This document shows positions 52,743 through 57,993 of a DNA stretch of 57,993 nucleotides, in pieces (position 1 is the stretch's first letter; each line of letters starts with the position of its first letter). The notes under the pieces were generated by a model, which saw only the letters and a list, made by a program, of their open reading frames with translations, searched no databases and was not told where the DNA came from. Location: the IMG/VR virus record IMGVR_UViG_3300032330_000317, positions 1 to 57,993 of that record. One strand, given 5' to 3'. Origin of the DNA: a virus (Duplodnaviria; Caudoviricetes). The translations under genes and the position numbers were made by a program.

Positions 52743-53112
52743 GAAAAGAAATGGTGGTGAGTGGACAGACGCTAGGTTTAGAAGCTTTGTCACCTCAGCA
52801 CTGAGAGCTGCGTCTAGGCGTTGGCCTCCTAAGTTCAAAGCTTTGAAAGAAGCTTTCGTTGGCAGGAAGACTAACAAGAAGACAGGCAAGTTGGCAATGC
52901 ATTACAAGTGTGCTAAATGTAAGAAGCACTTTGTTGCTACCGATGTACAGGTAGATCATGTGTTGCCAGTGGTAGATCCTAAGGTAGGATTTATTGGATG
53001 GGATTCATTTATTGATCGCATCTTCTGTGAGATAGAGAACCTGCAAGTGTTATGTAAACCTTGCCACAAGGTGAAGACAGAAGAAGAGAAAGCCAAAAGG
53101 AAAAAGAAATGA
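52732..53112 (+). CDS. HNH endonuclease
   Basis: CAKC...VDHVLP...NLQVLCKPCH. Confidence 0.8.
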   Translation: MVDKKRNGGEWTDARFRSFVTSALRAASRRWPPKFKALKEAFVGRKTNKKTGKLAMHYKCAKCKKHFVATDVQVDHVLPVVDPKVGFIGWDSFIDRIFCEIENLQVLCKPCHKVKTEEEKAKRKKK

Positions 53113-53324
53113 ATGTAGAAATGATAGATGAGTATACTGATGGTAGTGCTACATACCAATTCGATTTGAATTGGGAAGAGCGTAACATCCTACTCAATCT
53201 TGGTATAATCACAGCCCTTAAGAACGGCATTAATGAAGGAGCTAAGTATGTCGGTAACACTGATCTGGGCAACCCCGAATGCGGAACATCTGATAGCGTA
53301 CATGGCGAGGGTGAGCAACCCTGA
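53109..53324 (+). CDS. Hypothetical protein
   Basis: ATGA-coupled; EYTDGSAT motif. Confidence 0.5.
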   Translation: MNVEMIDEYTDGSATYQFDLNWEERNILLNLGIITALKNGINEGAKYVGNTDLGNPECGTSDSVHGEGEQP

Positions 53325-53877
53325 GAATCAGGACAATCCTGAGACAGCCCCTAAGCTGTTGAAGTATTTGATGAATAACAAACACTGGTCACCTTTCGAG
53401 ATGGTCAATGTCTGTATGGAAATTGAAACTACTCGTGACATTGCTCGTCAGATCCTGCGTCATCGTAGCTTTAGCTTCCAAGAATTCTCACAACGCTATG
53501 CCATTTCCTCACGCTATGAAACCAGTGAGGCAAGACTGCAGGATAATAAGAATAGACAGAACTCAATTCCTGTACAAGACCGTGAATTGCTGCAGGTATG
53601 GCAAGAGATGCAAGAGGAAGTTCTAAGCGTTTCTAAGCGATCCTATGAGGCTGCGCTGGGCATGGGCATAGCTAAAGAAGTTGCTCGAAAAGTATTGCCT
53701 GAAGGTCTAACTACCAGTAGAATGTACATGAATGGTACACTTAGAAGTTGGATGCATTACGTTGACATTCGCTGTGACAAAGCAACACAGAAAGAACATC
53801 GTGAAGTAGCAGATCAATGTAAGGTAGTACTTACAAACTTATTCCCTTCACTCTTTGAGACTCAACATGTGGCTTGA
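53248..53877 (+). CDS. thyX: Flavin-dependent thymidylate synthase
   Basis: HWSPFE and the ThyX motif RHRSFSFQEFSQRY. Confidence 0.95.
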   Translation: MSVTLIWATPNAEHLIAYMARVSNPENQDNPETAPKLLKYLMNNKHWSPFEMVNVCMEIETTRDIARQILRHRSFSFQEFSQRYAISSRYETSEARLQDNKNRQNSIPVQDRELLQVWQEMQEEVLSVSKRSYEAALGMGIAKEVARKVLPEGLTTSRMYMNGTLRSWMHYVDIRCDKATQKEHREVADQCKVVLTNLFPSLFETQHVA

Positions 53878-54184
53878 TACATATCAGAAAGCAGCTATGA
53901 CATATCGTATGCCATCAGCTAACAAACAATACGCCTTCCTTAATCTGGCAGCAGAAGCGGGTGAGGTGCTGTCCTTAGAAGCTAAGCGTATCCGTGACTT
54001 AACTCATGATAGTGATGGCTTTAAAGCCTCCTTAGCCAAGGAACTAGGGGATGTAATGTGGATGGTTGCAGCCATTGCCACAGACCATGACCTATACATG
54101 TCAGACATTTGCCAATCAAACCTACAAAAGCTAGAAGACCGGAAGTCTAGACAAGTTATTGGTGGCAGCGGTGACAACCGCTAA
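53867..54184 (+). CDS. MazG-like nucleotide pyrophosphohydrolase
   Basis: EAGEV...KELGDVMW...NLQKLEDR...GSGDNR. Confidence 0.85.
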   Translation: MWLDTYQKAAMTYRMPSANKQYAFLNLAAEAGEVLSLEAKRIRDLTHDSDGFKASLAKELGDVMWMVAAIATDHDLYMSDICQSNLQKLEDRKSRQVIGGSGDNR

Positions 54185-54199
54185 TACCTAAGTAGTATT

Positions 54200-54229
54200 T
54201 TGCAAGTGCCAGTAGTCTGAGGTATAACT
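54200..54229 (+). promoter_or_regulatory. Putative promoter upstream of nrdA
   Basis: TTGCAA-N17-TATAACT. Confidence 0.55.
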
Positions 54230-54242
54230 ACCTTTCTTTCAC

Positions 54243-54264
54243 GGGAGCTTAGGCTCCCTTTTTT
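54243..54264 (+). terminator. Rho-independent terminator-like hairpin
   Basis: GGGAGC-TTAG-GCTCCC followed by T6. Confidence 0.75.
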
Positions 54265-54287
54265 CCCACCATAACAGGAGTATTTAT

Positions 54288-56069
54288 ATGGCAAAGTATA
54301 AGGTCAACATTGACCTGTCTCGTGATGCATTGTTCGATGAACTAGGTATTCAGAGATTGAGAGAAAGTTACATGAGAGAAGAAGAGGTTAGTCCTCAAGA
54401 GAGATTTGCATATGTTTCGGAATCGTTTGCTTCAAATCAAGACCATGCTCAGCGACTATACGAATACAGCAGTAAGCATTGGCTTAGCTACTCTACACCT
54501 ATCCTATCTTTTGGTCGCTCTAAGCGTGGCCTCCCTATTAGCTGTTTCCTTAACTATATGGATGATAGTGCAGAAGGTCTGGTCGATAACCTATCAGAAA
54601 CTAACTGGCTATCCATGTTCGGGGGTGGTGTCGGTGTGCATGTGGGCATCCGTAACGGTGATGATAAGTCTACTGGTGTCATGCCTCACCTTAAAATTTA
54701 TGATGCCAGCTCCTTGGCCTATCGTCAAGGTCGCACAAGACGAGGTAGTTATGCTGCTTATCTAGACATCCATCACCCTGACATCATCCAATTCTTGGAG
54801 ATGCGTAAGCCAACAGGTGACCAGAATGTACGCACATTGAATCTGCACCACGGCATCAACATCACTGATGAGTTCATGACCATCATTGAGAATGCCATGA
54901 AAGACCCAGACTTTGATGACAGTTTCCAACTGAAGAATCCTGCCAATGGTATGGTTGTTGACACTGTGTCTGCCAAATATCTATGGCAGAAAATCCTAGA
55001 CCTACGCATGCAGACAGGCGAGCCATACTTGGTGTTCATTGACACAGCTAACAAAGCTTTGCCTCAGTGGTTGAGCAGCAAAGGCTTGAAGATTAATGGC
55101 AGCAATCTGTGTACAGAAATCTTCTTACCAACAAATGAGAAACGCACAGCAGTGTGCTGCTTGTCTTCTTTGAACTTGGAATACTATGACCAATGGAAGA
55201 ACGACAGCCAGTTCATCTTGGATGTTATGGAGATGTTAGACAATGTCTTGCAATACTTTATTGACAGAGCACCATCAACAATTGCCAGAGCTAAGTACAG
55301 TGCAATGATGGAACGTAGCATTGGAATCGGTGCGCTAGGCTTCCATGCTTTTTTACAGAAGAAAGGTATTGCCATCGATGGAGTGATGGCTAAGAGTTAC
55401 AACAATGAAATATTTAAGCACATACATGCTTCGTGTCTCAGGGCTGATGCTGTCTTGGAGCAACAGCGTGGGAGTTGCATCGATGCTGGTCACGGTAATA
55501 TTAATAGAAGGTTTAGTCATCACACTGCTATTGCTCCTAATGCCAGTAGCAGCCTTATTATGGGGAATACTAGCCCTTCAGTCGAGCCGTACAGAGCGAA
55601 TGTCTTTAGGCAAGATACACTTAGTGGAGCGTTCGTATATAAGAATCGGTTCCTGAAAGCACAACTTGCTGCACTGGGTTTAGATACTGATGAGACATGG
55701 GCATCCATCATCAGCAACGAAGGATCTGTACAGCACCTAGACATTCCTGAAAACTTGAAGGAAGTGTTTAAGACTGCTATGGAAATTGATCAGCGTTGGC
55801 TCATTGAACTTGCAGCAGATCGTCAGCAATACATTGACCAAGGCCAGAGCATTAACCTGTTCTTCCCTGCCAATGTATCAATTAAATATCTGCATGCCAT
55901 TCACTTCCTTGCTTGGAAGAGTGGACTAAAGAGCTTATACTATCTTCGTTCTGAGAAGGTGCGTAAAGCAGATAAGGTGGGTGCTCAGATTAAGCGTCAG
56001 CGTATTGAAGATGAAATTGATCTGAAGACGGTGGCAGACGGTGATACTTGTTTAGCATGTGAAGGTTGA
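54288..56069 (+). CDS. nrdA: Ribonucleotide reductase class I alpha subunit (short, no ATP cone)
   Basis: ISCF, SNLCTE, APNASS, KSLYY and C-terminal CLAC motifs. Confidence 0.95.
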   Translation: MAKYKVNIDLSRDALFDELGIQRLRESYMREEEVSPQERFAYVSESFASNQDHAQRLYEYSSKHWLSYSTPILSFGRSKRGLPISCFLNYMDDSAEGLVDNLSETNWLSMFGGGVGVHVGIRNGDDKSTGVMPHLKIYDASSLAYRQGRTRRGSYAAYLDIHHPDIIQFLEMRKPTGDQNVRTLNLHHGINITDEFMTIIENAMKDPDFDDSFQLKNPANGMVVDTVSAKYLWQKILDLRMQTGEPYLVFIDTANKALPQWLSSKGLKINGSNLCTEIFLPTNEKRTAVCCLSSLNLEYYDQWKNDSQFILDVMEMLDNVLQYFIDRAPSTIARAKYSAMMERSIGIGALGFHAFLQKKGIAIDGVMAKSYNNEIFKHIHASCLRADAVLEQQRGSCIDAGHGNINRRFSHHTAIAPNASSSLIMGNTSPSVEPYRANVFRQDTLSGAFVYKNRFLKAQLAALGLDTDETWASIISNEGSVQHLDIPENLKEVFKTAMEIDQRWLIELAADRQQYIDQGQSINLFFPANVSIKYLHAIHFLAWKSGLKSLYYLRSEKVRKADKVGAQIKRQRIEDEIDLKTVADGDTCLACEG

Positions 56070-56070
56070 T

Positions 56071-57030
56071 ATGGTAAGGACTAAGTCAGATATTACGCAA
56101 GAGCGTACAACATTCAAACCATTTAAATATCCTTGGGCTTATGATGCTTGGTTGCAACATGAGCAAAGCCATTGGCTTCATACAGAAGTACCAATGTCTG
56201 AGGATGTTAAAGACTATAAGAAGCTGAGCAAACAGGAACAAGAGTTCCTTACTAAAATCTTACGCTTCTTTGTGCAGGGTGACTTGGATATTGGCAGTGG
56301 TTATCATGACCACTACATCCCAGTGTTCAAGCAACCCGAGGTGAGGATGATGATGAGTGGCTTTGCAGGTAGGGAAGCCCTGCATGTGGCAGCCTACGCT
56401 CACCTCATTGAAACCTTGGGCTTGCCTGAGTCTACCTACAATGAGTTCCTCCAGTACAAAGAGATGGTGGAGAAGCATGACTACATTAACAATCTTAATG
56501 AAGCACCAATGGCTGAGAAGATTGCAGCCATCTCTGCATTCGGTGAAGGCATGCAACTATTTTCTAGCTTTGTTATGTTGCTTAACTTTGCAAGGAATGG
56601 TAAACTCAAAGGACTAGGTCAGATCATTGCTTGGTCCATCGTGGATGAGACTCAGCATGCTGAAGGTATGATTAAAGTCTATCGTGAATATGTTAAGCAC
56701 CATCAGGACGAAACCACTTCGGATCGCATTAAAGAGATTGCGGATCAGATGGTTCGTCTTGAAGACCAATTCGTTGATCTCGCTTTCAGTATGGTTGAAG
56801 TTGAGAAACTCACGAAAGAAGAAGTGAAGCAATACATTCGATACATTGCAGATCGCAGACTCATCTCTATGGGAATGAAGGGCATCTACAAGATCAAGAA
56901 GAATCCTCTGCCTTGGGTAGATGGTATGCTTGGTGTTAGTCACACCAATTTCTTTGAGCAACGTGTAACAGACTACAGCAAGGGTGCTACCACTGGTACA
57001 TGGGATGATGTATGGGGGAAAGCCGCATGA
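56071..57030 (+). CDS. nrdB: Ribonucleotide reductase class I beta subunit
   Basis: EALHVAAY, EGMQLFSSF, DETQH and NFFEQRVTDY motifs. Confidence 0.95.
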   Translation: MVRTKSDITQERTTFKPFKYPWAYDAWLQHEQSHWLHTEVPMSEDVKDYKKLSKQEQEFLTKILRFFVQGDLDIGSGYHDHYIPVFKQPEVRMMMSGFAGREALHVAAYAHLIETLGLPESTYNEFLQYKEMVEKHDYINNLNEAPMAEKIAAISAFGEGMQLFSSFVMLLNFARNGKLKGLGQIIAWSIVDETQHAEGMIKVYREYVKHHQDETTSDRIKEIADQMVRLEDQFVDLAFSMVEVEKLTKEEVKQYIRYIADRRLISMGMKGIYKIKKNPLPWVDGMLGVSHTNFFEQRVTDYSKGATTGTWDDVWGKAA

Positions 57031-57233
57031 TAGTATTTGATTTAAGGCAGGGCATTGGCTTTGATATTGAATTCAATGAAACCATTTGTCACATCATTGA
57101 TGATGGTAGTGACACTGATAAATTGTTTTCATACAGTGGTATAATTTTAAAGTTGCCATTCATCAGTGTGTACATTGGCGAGTTCGATGAGATAGGTGAA
57201 CTCGTTAAAGGTAACAAACCTACAAAGGATTAA
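57027..57233 (+). CDS. Hypothetical protein
   Basis: ATGA-coupled to nrdB. Confidence 0.5.
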   Translation: MIVFDLRQGIGFDIEFNETICHIIDDGSDTDKLFSYSGIILKLPFISVYIGEFDEIGELVKGNKPTKD

Positions 57234-57234
57234 C

Positions 57235-57426
57235 ATGCAAGTTAAGTCTGAACGATCTGCACCATTGCGTATTCAATTTGAACAGGGCTATAAAGCTTTC
57301 AGACATGGATGGTTGGTCAATCAATATGACCCCTCATCTGTGGCAGGTAAAGAATGGCAGCGGGGATTTGACCGTGGCTACTTCGATAACATTGAAAGAC
57401 TCAATGGTCACCAAGCGGTTCGATAA
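57235..57426 (+). CDS. Small protein with a ribosome-modulation-factor-like motif
   Basis: FEQGYKAFRHG...NQY...EWQRGFDRG. Confidence 0.5.
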   Translation: MQVKSERSAPLRIQFEQGYKAFRHGWLVNQYDPSSVAGKEWQRGFDRGYFDNIERLNGHQAVR

Positions 57427-57835
57427 AGAACTACACGACACCTACGACAAGTTTGGAAGAGATATAGTTAAAAGCTATGTCTCTTCTTTTTGGGATATGG
57501 AAGCTAGAGATAATCCTGACAGGTATGGGATTGATCTGCATCTGTACAAAGATGACTTGTTAGTTGGATATGCTGAGGTAGAAGTCAGACTGTCATGGAA
57601 AACTGTAGAGTTTCCCTATGAAGATTTGAATGTACCTGCTAGGAAGAAGAAGCTCTTAACACAAGAGATGCCTACATACTTCTTCTCAGTTAACAAAGAT
57701 GGGACAGCCTTGTTCCATTGCGAAGCTGCTGCTGTGTTAGACTCAGAGATCAAAGAGTCTAGAAATAAATATGTCTACCAAGGAGAACTCTTTTACAAGG
57801 TTCCTCTTGATAGACTATCTTACATATGCCTGTAG
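57404..57835 (+). CDS. Putative PD-(D/E)XK-like nuclease-fold protein
   Basis: YGIDL...YAEVEVR motif; the stop codon lies inside the tRNA. Confidence 0.5.
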   Translation: MVTKRFDKELHDTYDKFGRDIVKSYVSSFWDMEARDNPDRYGIDLHLYKDDLLVGYAEVEVRLSWKTVEFPYEDLNVPARKKKLLTQEMPTYFFSVNKDGTALFHCEAAAVLDSEIKESRNKYVYQGELFYKVPLDRLSYICL

Positions 57836-57902
57836 CTCAACTGGATAGAGCAACAACCTTCTAAGTTGTGGGTCAGGGGTTCGAGTCCCTTCAGGCATAC
57901 CA
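57826..57902 (+). tRNA. tRNA-Arg (anticodon UCU) with encoded CCA
   Basis: Acceptor ATGCCTG/CAGGCAT, D arm GCTC/GAGC, anticodon arm ACAAC-CTTCTAA-GTTGT, T arm AGGGG-TTCGAGT-CCCTT and ACCA end. Confidence 0.95.
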
Positions 57903-57993
57903 TAGGTTTAATACTTAAACCGTTCTACGGCTGGCTAAACCTCCCTTAGCCAAGCCGATTCTTTTTGTATTCTTAGGATTGTTAGGATCAACA
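57871..57993. repeat. Terminal direct repeat, copy 2
   Basis: Identical to 1-123. Confidence 0.95.

Noticed and set aside
48371-57030. Introns, inteins or a DnaJ-like zinc-finger insertion in polA, or introns/inteins in nrdA and nrdB
   Set aside because: All three ORFs are continuous and compact, with no CxxCxGxG repeats or intein terminal motifs.
45-57835. Stop-codon reassignment
   Set aside because: Genes tile densely and are full length under the standard bacterial code, and the only tRNA is a sense Arg tRNA.

Overview
The window is a complete, circularly assembled dsDNA podovirus-type phage genome. The unit length is about 57,870 bp, because bases 1-123 are repeated exactly at 57871-57993. 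It has two arms. The minus-strand late arm (about 34400 down to 45) carries small basic proteins, terminase, portal, scaffold, major capsid, tail tubular proteins, a tail fibre with three glycine-rich fibre modules, a lysis cassette (GH19 endolysin with nested Rz/Rz1 spanins, implying a Gram-negative host) and large internal/ejection proteins. The plus-strand early/replication arm (about 35820-57900) carries many small host-takeover genes, DUF932, an ADP-ribosylglycohydrolase, a tyrosine recombinase, a T7-like primase-helicase, PolA, SSB and exonuclease, ThyX, a MazG-like protein, NrdAB and tRNA-Arg(UCU). No RNA polymerase is recognisable. The head and packaging genes resemble, from recall only, those of HMO-2011-like aquatic podoviruses. 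The arms diverge across a non-coding region of about 1.4 kb that holds three perfect DnaA boxes, a Fur-like palindrome, long hairpins and a structured late leader. The most interesting signals are five. (1) A recurrent [FYML]-x-x-G-G motif occurs 11 times in five late proteins, and a candidate cognate processing protein sits in the prohead-protease position. (2) An ADP-ribosyltransferase-like domain at the end of the largest virion protein is paired with an early ADP-ribosylglycohydrolase. (3) A non-canonical promoter class, TTGACA-N16/17-TAWAAC(T), precedes late/middle units. (4) A boxB/boxA element is followed by a cloverleaf-like RNA. (5) A hairpin-gated free-standing endonuclease gene lies in the replication module. 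All functional calls come from motif recognition by eye; no searches were run.
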